Below, one piece after another: positions 37,151-51,183 of a stretch of DNA of 64,000 nucleotides (position 1 is its first letter; every line of letters begins with the position of its first letter). The notes below the pieces were generated by a model. It was given only the letters and a program-made list of their open reading frames with translations. It did no database searches and was not told the DNA's origin. Origin of the DNA: Octopus sinensis. Taxonomy: Eukaryota. The position numbers were made by a program, and so were the translations under genes. Location of the stretch: positions 10,106,001 through 10,170,000 of the forward strand of contig NC_043024.1 of NCBI RefSeq assembly GCF_006345805.1, in the 5' to 3' direction.

Positions 37151-37674
37151 TTGTGTAGGAAGTCGGGGACAAGAAACAGGAAGAAAGAGAGAGAGGAAGT
37201 TGAAGCGAAAAAGTACAACAGGGGTCGCCACCATGCCTTGCCGGAGCCTCGTGAAACTTTAGGTGTTTTCGCTCAATAAACACACACAACGCCCGGTCAG
37301 GGAATCGAAACCGCGATTCTCCGACCGCGAGTTCGCTGCCCTAACCACTGGGCCATTGTGCCTCCTACTGTTGCTGTTGAGGGAACGGTCTTCATCCCAG
37401 AGCTCGCAAGATGGGAGAAGTCCGAAACGTGGTCCTTTGTTATTCGTAAGACCTGCAGAAGAGAAAGCAGGTCAACCCCCGACATCGAGAGCATCGATGG
37501 TTGGATGAATGCACATCCAGGTTCAGCGGTTGCATAGGAAGTCAGGGACAAGGAACAGGAAGAAAGAGTGAGAAAAAGTTGGGGCAAAAGAGTACAACAG
37601 GGGTCGCCACCACCCCCTACCAGAGCCTCGTGGAGCTTTAGGTGCTTTGCTCAATAAACACACACGCCAGCGCC

Positions 37675-39170
37675 GCCTTGACTAGCTTCTGTGCCGGTGG
37701 CACGTAAAAAGCACCCACTACACTCACAGAGTGGTTGGCGTTAGGAAGGGCATCAAGCTGTAGAAACATTGCCAGATCAGACTGGAGCCTGGTGCAGCCT
37801 CCTGGCTTCCCAGACCCTGGTCGAACCGTCCAACCCATGCTAGCATGGAAAATGGAGGTTAAACGATGATGATGATGATATATATATATATAAATATATA
37901 TATATATACGTGGTGATTATGACGATAATGGTGATGATGATGATGGTTTAGGCGTTAGGAAGGGCATCCAGCTGTAGAAACTCTGCCAGATCAGACTGGA
38001 GCCTGGTGCAGCCTCCTGGCTTCCCAGACCCTGGTCGAACCGTCCAACCCATGCTAGCATGGAAAATGGAGGTTAAACGATGATGATGATGATATATATA
38101 TATATAAATATATATATATATACGTGGTGATTATGACGATAATGGTGATGATGATGATGGTTTAGGCGTTAGGAAGGGCATCCAGCTGTAGAAACTCTGC
38201 CAGATCAGACTGGAGCCTGGTGCAGCCTCCTGGCTTCCCAGACCCTGGTCGAACCGTCCAACCCATGCTAGCATGGAAAATGGAGGTTAAACGATGATGA
38301 TGATGATATATATATATATAATATATATATAATACGTGGTGATTATGACGATAATGGTGATGATGATGATGATGGTTTAGGCGTTAGGAAGGGCATCCAG
38401 CTGTAGAAACTCTGCCAGATCAGACTGGAGCCTGGTGCAGCCGCCTGGCTTCCCAGACCCTGGTCGAACCGTCCAACCCATGCTAGCATGGAAAATGGAG
38501 GTTAAACGATGATGATGATGATATATATATATATATAATATATATATATATACGTGGTGATTATGACGATAATGGTGATGATGATGATGATGGTTTAGGC
38601 GTTAGGAGGGCATCCAGCTGTAGAAACTCTGCCAGATCAGACTGGAGCCTGGTGCAGCCTCCTGGCTTCCCAGACCCTGGTCGAACCGTCCAACCCATGC
38701 TAGCATGGAAAATGGAGGTTAAACGATGATGATGATGATATATATATATATAAATATATATATATATACGTGGTGATTATGACGATAATGGTGATGATGA
38801 TGATGATGGTTTAGGCGTTAGGAAGGGCATCCAGCTGTAGAAACTCTGCCAGATCAGACTGGAGCCTGGTGCAGCCGCCTGGCTTCCCAGACCCTGGTCG
38901 AACCGTCCAACCCATGCTAGCATGGAAAATGGAGGTTAAACGATGATGATGATGATATATATATATATAAATATATATATATATACGTGGTGATTATGAC
39001 GATAATGGTGATGATGATGATGATGGTTTAGGCGTTAGGAAGGGCATCCAGCTGTAGAAACTCTGCCAGATCAGACTGGAGCCTGGTGCAGCCGCCTGGC
39101 TTCCCAGACCCCCGGTCGAACCGTCCAACTCGTGCTAGCACGGAAAACGGACGTTAAACGATGATGATGA
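37675..39170 (+). repeat. SINE-C tandem array (7 x ~215 bp, each with (GAT)n/(TA)n spacer)
   Basis: ggcgttaggaagggcatc recurs about every 215 bp. Confidence 0.88.
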
Positions 39171-39305
39171 TGAACGCCCGGTCTGGGAATTGAAACTGCG
39201 ATGCTCCCACCATGAGTCAGCTGCCTTAACTATTGGGCCATTGCCCCTCCACTGCTGCTGCTGCTGCTGATGATGATGATGATGATAAAATTTCTTACTA
39301 CTTAC

Positions 39306-39459
39306 ATGCCAATCATCTTCATTTTCACCCAAATGTTCCTTAAAGGCCTCTTTGCTCAAGTGAGAAAGAATTGGGTTAGAGACTGGGGACAAGGCACTCA
39401 CAGACTTATACTTTGTTGGATTCTTTAAGGCGATTGTCAAGGCACCATGTCCACCCATG
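39306..39459 (-). CDS. ESD: ESD exon 6: (S)MGGHGALTIALKNPTKYKSVSALSPVSNPILSHLSKEAFKEHLGENEDDWH
   Basis: SMGGHGAL..ALKNP.KYKSVSA is diagnostic. Flanked by ttgcag and gtaagt; phase 2 to 0. Confidence 0.93.
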
Positions 39460-39791
39460 CTGCAACATAAAGAAGAAACAAAAATCCCTTGCGCAAAAAA
39501 ACAGGTATAGATTAGTGATAGCAGAGGCACCTGGCCATAAAAATACGACCTCAACTTTCTTAGATCTCAGCTGTACTAATGTGGAAGAACAAATGCTTAA
39601 CAAAACGAATTAACAAATGAACAATATAGGCGCAGGAGGGGCTGTGTGGTAAGTAGCTTGCTTACCAACCACATGGTTCTGGGTTCAGTCCCACTGCGTG
39701 GCACCTTGGGCAAGTGTCTTCTACTATAGCCTCGGGCCAACCAAAGCCTTGTGAGTGGATTTGGTAGACAGAAACTGAAAGAAGCCCGTCG

Positions 39792-39823
<32 letters not shown>

Positions 39824-41489
39824 TATATATATATATGTAGGTCCCGGTTGAGTCGGGGTTAACCACAGTAAATAAGGTACTCAATACATAGCAGAGTAAA
39901 TTAATTTATTTTATAGAAGGAGCTTCTACAGGACTAGAACTGTTTCATTTGAATGAAACAGTTCTAGTCCTGTAGAAGCTCCTTCGATAAAATATATATA
40001 TATATATATGTATATATATAGGTATGTGTGTGTATGTGTTTGTGTGTCTGTGTTTGTCCCCTTAGCACTGCTTGACAACCGATGCTGGTGTGTTTATGTC
40101 CCCGTCACTTAGCGGTTAAGGGGATAATTAGAAGGTAATTATAGGTGCAGGTGTGGTTGAGTGGTAAGAAGTTTGCTTCCCAGCCCCCATGGTTCCAAAC
40201 ATGTGGGGCCAGGTTCAATCCTTCTGACTTCTAAAACAGCCCTGGGCCAACCAAATCCATGTGAGTAAGGAACACAGAGAAGCTGAAAGATACCTATTTC
40301 TTTACTACCCACAAGGGGCTAAACATAGAGGGAACAAACAAGGACAGACATAGGTATTAAGTCGATTACATCGACCCCAGTGTGTAACTGGTACTTAATT
40401 TAGCGACCCCCGAAAGGATGTCTTCTACTATAGCCTCAGGGAGATCAAACCCTTGAGTGGATTTGGGAGACAGAAACTAAACGAAGCCCATTGTATATAT
40501 GTTTGTTGTTTCTTTACTGCCCACAAGGGGCTAGAAACGGAGGGGAGAAACAAGGACAGACAAACGGATTAAGTTGATTAACTGGTACTTAATTTATCGA
40601 CCCCGAAAGGATGAAAGGCAAAGTCGACCTTGGTGGAATTTGAACTCAGAACGTAACGGCAGACGAAATACCTATTTCTTTACTACCCACAAGAGGCTAC
40701 ACACAGAGGGGACAAACAAGGACAGACAAACGGATTAAGTTGATTATAATGACCCCAGTGTGTAACTGGTACTTATTTAATCGACCCCAAAAGGATGAAA
40801 GGCAAAGTTGACCTCGCGGAATTTGAACTCAAAATTTAACGGCAGACGAAATACTGCTAAGCATTTCACTCAGCGTGCTAACGATTTTGCCAGCACGCCG
40901 CCTTCAATATATTATATGTATGTTTGTGTATATGTACATGTATGTGTGTGTCCGTGTGTCCATCCTCATTTTGACGTTGTGCGATAGTTGTAAGTGAGTA
41001 TCCCTGTCATACAAGCAGTGATATTCAGTTCCAATCATCATCATTATCATCATCGTTTAATGTCCGCTTTCCATGCTAGCATGGGTTGGACGGTTCAACT
41101 GGGGTCTGGGAAGCCCGAAGGCTGCACCAGGCCCAGTCATCATCTGGCGGTGTTTTCTACAGCTGGAATGCCCTTCCTAACGCCAACCACTCCGTGAGTG
41201 TAGTGAGTGCTTTTTTATGAAAAAACATGTCGGGCCATGGGAAAACATTACGTTACCTGGAGGGTGAGGAACCGGATGGGAACACAACTGCTAAACAGTA
41301 CAGCTACCTTGTCGAACACCCTAAAAAGTTGTGTATGGCATAACAACTCAGCAGAAATATGCATGGAAGGTACATAGAGCTGATTGCATTCAGATATTGA
41401 GGAATGACTCATCCCCTGCCCTTTATAGAGCAACAAGGGTACCTCAGGTTCTTTTTAAAAACCCATATATTTCCCTGGTTGCATTTCGC

Positions 41490-44110
41490 ACCAGCACCAC
41501 CAGCACCACCAGCACTACCACCAGCACTACCACCACCACCACCACCACCACCAGCACTACCATCACCACCACCATCACCACCACCACACTACCACCAGCA
41601 CTACCATCAGCACACCACCAGCACTACCATCACCACTACCATCACCACCACACCACCACCAGCACCACAACCACCACCACCACCACCACCACCCCACCAC
41701 CATTCACCACCACCACACTCACCATCACCACCACCACCACCACCATCACCACCACCACTACCACCCCACTACCACTACCCCACCACCATCACCACACCAC
41801 CCACCACCACCACCAACCACCATCACCACCACCACCACCACCAGCACCATCAGCACCACCCACCACCACCACCACCACCAACCACCACCAACCACCATCA
41901 GCCAACCACCACCACCACACACCACCACCACCACCACCACCCCACCACCAACCCACCACCCACCACCACCCACCACCCACCACCACCATCACCACCACCA
42001 CCACCCCACAGCCACCATCAGCAACCACCACCACCACACCACCACCACCACCACCACCACCACCACACCACCACCACCACCACCATCACCACCACCACCA
42101 CCACCATCACCACCACCACTACCACCACCACTACCAATACCACCACCATCACCACCACCACACCACCACCACCACCACCATCACCACCACCACCACCACC
42201 AGCACCATCAGCACACCACCACCACCACCACCACACCACCACCACCACCATCAGCACCACCACCACCATCACCACCACCACCCACCACCACCATCAACCA
42301 CCACCACCAACCACCAGAGCACCAATCAGCACCACCACACCACCACCACCACCACCACCATCACCACCAGCACCATCAGCACCACCACCAGCACCACTAC
42401 CACCACCACCACCATCAGCACCACCACCACCACCACCAGCACCATCAGCACCACCAACTACCACCACCACACCATCACCACCAGCACCATCACCACCACC
42501 ACCATCACCACACCACCACCACCACCACCCCACCACCACCACCATCACCACCACCACCACACCAGCACCATCAGCACCACCACCACCACCACCACCACCA
42601 CCACCACCACCACCACCACCCACCACCACCACCACCCCACCACCCCACCACCACCACCCATCACCACCACCACACCACCAGCACCATCAGCACCACCACC
42701 ACCACCACCATCAGCCACCACACCACCACCACCACCACCACCACCACCACCATCACCACCACCACCACCACCAGCACCATCAGCACCACCACACCACCAC
42801 CACCACCACCACCACACACCACACCACAACCACCACCACCATCACCACCACCACCACCACCCATCACCACCACCCACTACCACCACCACTACCACTACCA
42901 CCACCATCACCACCACCACCACCACCACCACCACCACCATCACCACCCACACCACCACCAGCACCATCAGCACCACCACCACCACACCACCACCACCACC
43001 AACCCACCACCATCAGCACCACCACCACCATCACCACCACCACCACCACCACCATCACCACCACACCACCACCAGCACCATCGCCACCACCACCACCACA
43101 CCACCACCACCATCACCACCAGCACCATCAGCACCACCACCAGCACCACTACCACCACCACCACCATCAGCACCACCACCACCACCACCAGCACCCCATC
43201 AGCACCACCACTACCACCACCACCATCACCACCAGCACCATCACCACCACCACCCATCACCACCACCACCACCACCACCACCCCACACCACCAACCCCAT
43301 CCACCACCCCACCACCACCAGCACCATCAGCACCACCACCCACCACCACATCAGCACCACCACCACCACCACCACCACCCCACCACCACCACCACCACCA
43401 TCAGCACCCCCACCACCACCAGCACCATCAGCACCACCCACCACCAGCACCACCACCAGCACTACCATCACCATCACCACCATCACCACCACCACCACCA
43501 CCACCACACCCACCATCAGCACTACCATCCACCACCACCACCATCACCACCACCATCATCACCATCAGCACTACCATCACCACCACCACCATCACCACCA
43601 CCATCATCACCACTACCACCACCACCACCAACACCACCAACCACCACCACCACCATCAGCACCACCACCACCACCACAACCACCATCAGCACTACCATCA
43701 CCACCACACCACACCACCACCACCACCACCACCTCAGCACTACATCACCACCACCACCATCACCACCACCACCACACACCACCACCACCATCACCACCAC
43801 CACCACCACCACCACCCACCACCACCATCAGCACTACCATCACCACCACCACCATCACCACCACCATCATCCCACTACCACCATCACCACCACACACCAC
43901 CACCACCACCATCACCACCACCACCACCACCACCACCACCATCACCACACCACCACCCCCACCACCACCACCACCATCAGCCACTACCATCCACCACCCC
44001 ACCACCACCACCACCACCACCACCCTCAGCACTACCATCACCACCACCACCATCACCACCACCATCATCACCACTACCACCACCACCACCACCACCACCA
44101 CCACCACCAT

Positions 44111-44141
<31 letters not shown>

Positions 44142-44203
44142 AGCACCACCACCACCACCACCAGCACCATCAGCACCACCACTACCACCACTACCACCAC
44201 CAT

Positions 44204-44234
<31 letters not shown>

Positions 44235-45250
44235 AGCACCACCACCACCACCACCAGCACCATCAGCACCACCACTACCACCACTACCACCACCATCAGC
44301 ACCACCACCACCACCAACCAGCACCATCAGCACCACCACCACCACCACCAGCACCATCAGCACCACCACTACCACCACTACCACCACCATCAGCACCACC
44401 ACTACCACCACTACCACCACCATCAGCACCACCACCACCACCACCACTACCACCACTACCAGCACCACCACCAGCACCACCAGCACCACCACCACCATCA
44501 CCACCACCACCACCACCACCACCACCACCACCACCCCACCACCACCACCACCACCACCACCACCACCACTACCACCATCACCACCACCACCACCACCACC
44601 ACCATCAGCACTACCATCACCACCACCACCACCACCACCACCACCACCACCACCACCACCATCAGCACTACCATCACCACCACCACCACCACCACCACCA
44701 CCATCAGCACTACCATCACCACCACCACCATCACCACCACCACCATCACCACCACCACCACCACCATCAGCACATCACCACCACCACCACCACCACCACC
44801 ACCCACCACCATCAGCACTACCATCACCACCACCACCACCACCACCACCACCACCACCATCAGCACTACCATCACCACCACCACCACCACCACCACCACC
44901 ACCACCATCAGCACTACCATCACCACCACACCATCACCACCACCATCATCACCACTACCACCACCACCACCACCACCACCACCACCACCATCAGCACCAC
45001 CACTACACCAATACCACACCATCAGCACCACCACCACCACCACCACCATCAGCCACAACCACCACCACCACCAGCACCATCAGCACCACCACTACCACCA
45101 CTACCACCACCATCAGCACCACCACCACCACCACCACTACCACCACTACCAGCACCACCACCAGCACCACCGCACCAACACCACCATCACCACCACACCA
45201 TCACACCACCACCAACCACCACCACCATCACCACCACCACACCACCACTG
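41490..45250. repeat. ~3.75-kb imperfect (CAC)n trinucleotide tract in ESD intron 5
   Basis: Almost pure cac/cat/cag/tac triplets. The long ORFs here arise from base composition. Confidence 0.95.
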
Positions 45251-45447
45251 AGCATACGGCATGTTCAGTAGGGGGTCAAACACCATAGCGAACAGTCGCA
45301 TAGGGTCCTTCTGTTCCAGACCGTGAAAGATTACCATAAAAGTTTAATCTAAAATCAGTGTGAAATTTTTTAAAGGCTTTGTTTTTTTTAGGGGCATGAA
45401 GGGACAAGGGATGGCAAAGGGTCAAAGAAAAGAAATTTCTGACTCAC

Positions 45448-45512
45448 CTATGGCCAGAAATGGATTTCTTTTCTGGTAAGACTGGGAAGTTGGATTCTAT
45501 CAATTTTGGCAG
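45448..45512 (-). CDS. ESD: ESD exon 5: LPKLIESNFPVLPEKKSISGH(S)
   Basis: Aligns to [21 protein letters not shown]. Flanked by attcag and gtgagt; completes the GHSMG nucleophile motif. Confidence 0.92.
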
Positions 45513-45579
45513 CTGAATACATCAAAATCACGGTTTGTTACACATGAATCTAATAATAATATAATAATAATAATAATAA

Positions 45580-45882
45580 CTAGCAGTATCGCCTGGCGTT
45601 GCTCGGGTTTGTAAGGGAAATAAAATATAAGCATTTTAGAGAGTTACTTCCCTTATATAAACAGAGCAAAAAATGCATTAAAAAAACGAAAAAATGATGG
45701 TAATTTTTTTTTAATCGTAGACTCATCGTAGACGCGCGCTAATACCCAGAAGGGCTCGAAATGAATCACGACTATAAGATACCCGATTTTGGTTTAAAAC
45801 TGCACCGCAAAATGTGGAGTAGTTAGGAATCTAAATCGGTAGTAGACAGACACACACACAACTTCAGTTTTATATATAAAGA
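45580..45882 (-). mobile_element. Non-autonomous Helitron (ESD intron 4)
   Basis: Same family as 12504-12986, with TC and CTAG ends. Confidence 0.82.
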
Positions 45883-45951
45883 TGACATGAAATAAAGGTG
45901 GTGGTGGTGGTGATGGTGGCGGTTAAAATGTTGTAAAATGGTAGAATTTAC

Positions 45952-46075
45952 CTCTTTGACAATGTAAGAATACATTCGGTAGTTGGTGCTCCATTTTGGT
46001 TGAGTTGCATCCACATAGGAAGCAACATCCTTTTGAAGGTCATAGCCATCATCTTTTTGCGCTCATAAAATGCCC
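45952..46075 (-). CDS. ESD: ESD exon 4 (124 bp, 1 bp short of frame)
   Basis: [34 protein letters not shown] aligns to [34 protein letters not shown]. The strong acceptor ttttacag puts the first ~20 nt out of frame. Confidence 0.85.
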
Positions 46076-46349
46076 CTGTAAAATGTGAAGGACAACAGTA
46101 ATACAAACAACTATATCCCTTCTTTCCTGAGCGTCAATAATACTTTAATTGTTCCACGTCCTGCGTTGCTGTGTTTTTTTCTCTTTTTTCTGTGTTTTCT
46201 TGTTTGGATTAACTTTATATATATATATATATATATACTGAGCTGAGACCCCCTTCGGTCATGACTGACCATGGGATTGCACCTAGAAAGTTACCCTCCA
46301 AGGTACAAGTTCGGGTAAGGTTGTTTATGGAATACCAGCAGTCGCCCAT

Positions 46350-46730
46350 CCTTTTGGAGAAGGGGTCCTATCTTGTAGTGCACTGAGACTGTTCTTTCGC
46401 GTAATGAAAGAAGGCTTTGGGTTTGATTTAATATTTTCTAACCCAGGCTTCTTTGTCTGCTTTCTCCCTCACATAGGATTGTTGCAGCCTTTTTCGATCT
46501 CCATCAGTGTTGTTTTTAGGCGGGACGTTTCGCTACTTTTGGGATGTTGGTTGAGACGATTTGCAACCTTCGTCCATCGTCTCATGAGGAGCTTCCTGTC
46601 TCTTGGAATCTTGCTCCTATTGTTTTGGCCTTGTGCTCTGGGACATATTTCTGGCATACGGCCTCCCCGCTCCACGCCATCAGTGTTATCCAAGGGAAAG
46701 GCAAAGGGGCCGATACAGCTTGTTGATATA
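46350..46730 (-). mobile_element. CR1/L2-type LINE internal fragment (EN-RT linker)
   Basis: The minus strand reads IKSNPKAFFHYAKETVSVHYKIGPLLQKDG, resembling the NPKxFWxY...IGPL..DG linker motif. Confidence 0.65.
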
Positions 46731-46998
46731 TGTTTCGATGGATTAATTAAAATTAAAAATCATTTATCATAATTAGTTACATCTGTGAAAATGGCTTATT
46801 AATGAACACTGTTATTTTTAATCTCCTCCTTGAAGAGATTCATACATTATCCCACAATATTTTTACTCTTGTATTAATCTTAGTTTTAACGTATCCATCG
46901 AAACGTATGTCGGTGATATAAATGATTTAAATAACCTCTTATGTGTTTGTCTCCATATTCCATTCCTCTTATATATATATAATACATACATACATACA

Positions 46999-47072
<74 letters not shown>

Positions 47073-47271
47073 TCTTTTACTTGTTTCAGTCATTTGACTG
47101 CGGCCATGCTGGAACACTGCCCTTTTTTAGTCGAGCAAATCGACCCCGGGACTTATTCTTTGTAAGCCCTTATTCTATCGGTCTTTTTTGCCGAACCACT
47201 AAGTGACGGGGACGTAAACACACCAGCATCGGTTGTGAACCAATGCTAGGGGGACAAACACAGACACACAA

Positions 47272-47320
<49 letters not shown>

Positions 47321-47813
47321 ACAGGCTTCTTTCAGTTTCCGTCTACCAAATCCACTCACAAGGCATTGGCCAGCCCGGGGCTATAGCAGAAGACACTTGC
47401 CCAAGATGCCATGCAGTGGGACTGAACCCAGAACCATGTAGTTGATTAGCAAGCTACTTACCACACAGCCACTCCTGCGCCTATATATATATCACCATCA
47501 CCGTGACCAACCAGGCTATCAAATGTTGCTACACATCGCTGGTCACGTTGTTTTAGCCTTCCAATGAAGCCACTCTGCTGGCTAAGCGAGCAGGCCAACA
47601 GAAGAAAGAGTGAGAGAAAGTTGTGGTGAAAGAGTACAGCATGGATCGCCACCACCACCCCCTGCTGGAACCTCGTGGAGCTTTAGGAGTTTTCGCTCAA
47701 TAAACACTCACAATGCCTGGTCTGGGAATCGAAACCACGATCCTATAACATGTATATATATATGTTATATATATATATATATATAATATATATATATATT
47801 ATATATATATATA

Positions 47814-48194
47814 TCGCTATATAAACGGCAGTTTGTCTGTGCGTTTTCTGTGTGTCTGTTTTCTCGTACCCTCACCCTGACCACGGCTTTCAACCGCTTC
47901 TGATGAAACTTGACACACCGCATAGCCCAATGTCATAATTCAAAACTAACGCAGCGAAAATTTTGAAAAGTTCCCCCAGTTCTGAAAAAAATCGATAAAT
48001 TCGACATGGGGGTCGAGAATCAGAAACCCAAACCACAGACTGTCTAGGGGACGCAACTCCACCTTTTTTAACTCTCAAAAAAATTTACCATCATTTTTTT
48101 TCCATTTTTTTGCTATTTTTTTCGCTATAACTCTCTAAAATGCTTTATAGTTATTTCCCTTACAAACCTGAGCAACGCCGGGCGATACTGCTAG
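47814..48194 (+). mobile_element. Non-autonomous Helitron, third 5' type
   Basis: A|TC start and gagcaacgccgggcgatactgCTAG|T end. Confidence 0.75.
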
Positions 48195-48422
48195 TATATA
48201 TATATATGTATATAAAACAATTTAATAAATAAAACATATGCATAAATACATACATATATATACATACCTCCATCTATATGTATATATACATGCATTTATA
48301 TATATGAGTACAGGACACCACAAATAAACGTAGAACACGAGAAGCGAAAACATAAAATCAAACAAGGAAACGGACTTTTTTAACAACGAAAAAACAGTAC
48401 AAGACAAACAATACAAGGAATA

Positions 48423-48470
<48 letters not shown>

Positions 48471-48486
48471 ATTTTATTTTTTATTT

Positions 48487-48812
48487 TATCTAGTTTCAGC
48501 TCACGAGCTGCGGCCATGCTGGGGCAACCGCCATTTGGTGTTGCTACATGATTTTACTTCACGAATGCTTTTTAGCAACTGCCATTTGGTGCATGAGAGA
48601 GTTCGATGCAGCTGCCCTCATCTGCACCTCCTGCCGTGAAGTTGGTTCATCCGGGACACCTGACAAGAAGAGATCCAGTCCTACTTTAAAGACATCCGCA
48701 TCGACCCCATGCAGGTCCCTCAGGTTCTTCGGGAGGATATTGAAGAGCTGTGGGCCTCTGAAGCCCAGGCTATCACAGTATCTTGTCCTACATCTTGATG
48801 GCAAATTTAGAG
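48487..48812 (-). mobile_element. CR1/L2-type LINE 3' end with tail
   Basis: FRGPQLFNILPKNLRDLH...VPDEP, same family as 25255-25985. Tail cagcatggccgcagctcgtgagctgaaactaga. Confidence 0.85.
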
Positions 48813-48828
48813 TCCTTGGCACCAGATA

Positions 48829-48861
<33 letters not shown>

Positions 48862-48913
48862 TTGGTGAAGCAACAGACATGTTGTATAGAATTGGCTAAA
48901 ACTGTATACTTAC

Positions 48914-49012
48914 TTGGACATGTATCAGGTGCAACAACGATGATGTTGTGTTCTGCTGCATATCTTTGGAAACCAGATTTTGTTATGAAATTTTGCTCAC
49001 TACATGTCGCAC
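48914..49012 (-). CDS. ESD: ESD exon 3: (G)[32 protein letters not shown]
   Basis: Aligns to [32 protein letters not shown]. Flanked by caccag and gtaagt; phase 1-1. Confidence 0.93.
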
Positions 49013-49451
49013 CTGGTGGGGGAAGAATTTAAAGAGAAAATGAATTTGAACTCAGAACATAAAGTGCCAGAATGAAACTAAGAATTTTGTCAGGTGTGCT
49101 AATGGTTCTGACAGATTGTTTACCTTAATAACCCTTTCTACTACAGGCACAAGGCCTGAAATTTTAGAAGCAGGTGGGGGAAGTTGATTAGATTAACCCC
49201 AATATACAACTGATACTTAATTTTTTGACTGGCCGTTGGCAGTCTCGTCTGGCACCTGTGCAGGTGGCACGTAAAAAGCACCCACTACACTCACGGAGTG
49301 GTTGGCGTTTGGAAGGGCATCCAGCTGTAGAAACACTGCCAGATCAGAATGGAGCCTGGTGCAGCCTCCTGGCTTCCCAGACCCCAGTCAAACCATCTAA
49401 CCCATGCTAGCATGGAAAGCGGACGTTAAATGATGATGATAATGATGATGA

Positions 49452-49522
<71 letters not shown>

Positions 49523-49561
49523 CCGTCCAACCCATGCTAGCATGGAAAACGGACGCTAAAC

Positions 49562-49603
<42 letters not shown>

Positions 49604-50220
49604 ATATATATATATATATTTCTGTCGAAGAGCGTAGGCTTGAAACGTAAAAGACTTGTTTTATTTCTATTCCTGAGCGCCATACTAATACAATTGTTTG
49701 TTTGTATTCCACCTGCCTTCGTCTTTTGTTTATTTTCATAAAGCTTCCTGTTATATATATATATACATATATATATGTGGTGGTTATGGCGATAAAAGTG
49801 ATGATGACAGCAGTGGTGGTGGTGGTAATAACGATGTTTATAATGATGATGATTATGCTTTAGGTATTAGGAAGGGCATCCAGCTGTAGAAACACTGCCA
49901 GATCAGACTGGGCCTGGTGCAGCCATCTGGGTTCCCAGACCCCCGGTCGAACTGTCCAACCCATGCTAGCATGGAAAGCGGACGTTAAACAATGATGATG
50001 ATGATGATGATGAAAAGGATGAGAGACAAAGTTGACCTCGGCGGAATTTAAACTCAGAACGTAGCGACAGACAAGCTGTGGAAACTTTGCCAAATCCATG
50101 CCAGTATGGAAAGCGGACATTAAACAATGATGATGAGGATGATAATATATCATCCCAGAACCATGTGGTTGCTATGCAAGTCACTTACCACACAGCCACA
50201 CCTATGCCTACACACACACA

Positions 50221-50258
<38 letters not shown>

Positions 50259-50964
50259 CAGGCTTCTTTTAACATTGACCGAGGCCTTGGCATTATGTCG
50301 TGCTTAAGAAGAAGCCCCATCAGGCTAAGTAAAATTGCAGTAGTGGCAGATACTGGTGTCACACAAATGGCACCTGAGCCAGTGGCACATAAAAGCGCCC
50401 AAAACACTCTCAGAGTGGTTGACATTAGGAAGGGCATCCAGCCTTGTAGAAGCCATACCGGGCCAGTTCAGGGCCTGGTGCAGCCTTTTAGCTTGCCTAC
50501 CCTCAGTCAAACCGTCTAAACCATGACAGTATGGAAAGCGGAATTAACCCTTTCATTACCGTATTTATTTTGAGATGCTCTGTGTTTCCTTCAATTATTT
50601 TAAATATAACAAAGAATTTAGTAAAATAACTTATTTATCATTCAGCTAGTGTTAGGAATATAAATTGTGACTAAGGTTTGGTGGAAGATTTTAATTCAAA
50701 ACTTATGAAAACAAGACATTTGTACTACAGAACCAGAGCTGGTTTCAGCCGGGTTGGTAATGAAAGGGTTAAACAATGATGATGATGATGATAATATATC
50801 ATCCCAGAACCATGTGGTTGCTATGCAAGTTACTTACCACACAGCCACTCCTATGGCTATACACACACACACAAACACAACAGGCTTCTTTTAGCATTAG
50901 GCTACCAAATTCACTCAAAAGTCTTTAGTCAGCTGGAACTATAGTAGAAGACATTTGTCTAAGG

Positions 50965-51183
50965 CAGTGCTTTTCAAACTTTTTGCTAGAGTGGAACCCC
51001 AAGGAGAGATTCCACTGGCTCGAGGAACCCCTCTGCAATAATTTAATAGTCATATGCACACATATCTGCACAGGAGAATTAAAAATTACTGCAGATTTTA
51101 GAACTTTTGTAACTTCTTGCGGAACCCCTGGACTGTACTGGCGGAACCCCAAGGTTCCGCAGAACCCTGGTTGAAGACCACTG
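50965..51183. mobile_element. hAT MITE (219 bp)
   Basis: CAGTG TIRs; TSD gtctaagg / gcctaagg (7 of 8). Confidence 0.85.

Noticed and set aside
41331-45288. 1306-aa and 1294-aa His/Thr/Pro-rich ORFs
   Set aside because: They are open only because the (CAC)n tract has no stop codons. The frames swap composition at random indels, there is no signal peptide or domain, and they lie antisense in an ESD intron.
47895-47915. ctgatga as a further hammerhead core (also 32056)
   Set aside because: No matching stems or GAAA...UH half. They lie within Helitron or other repeat bodies.
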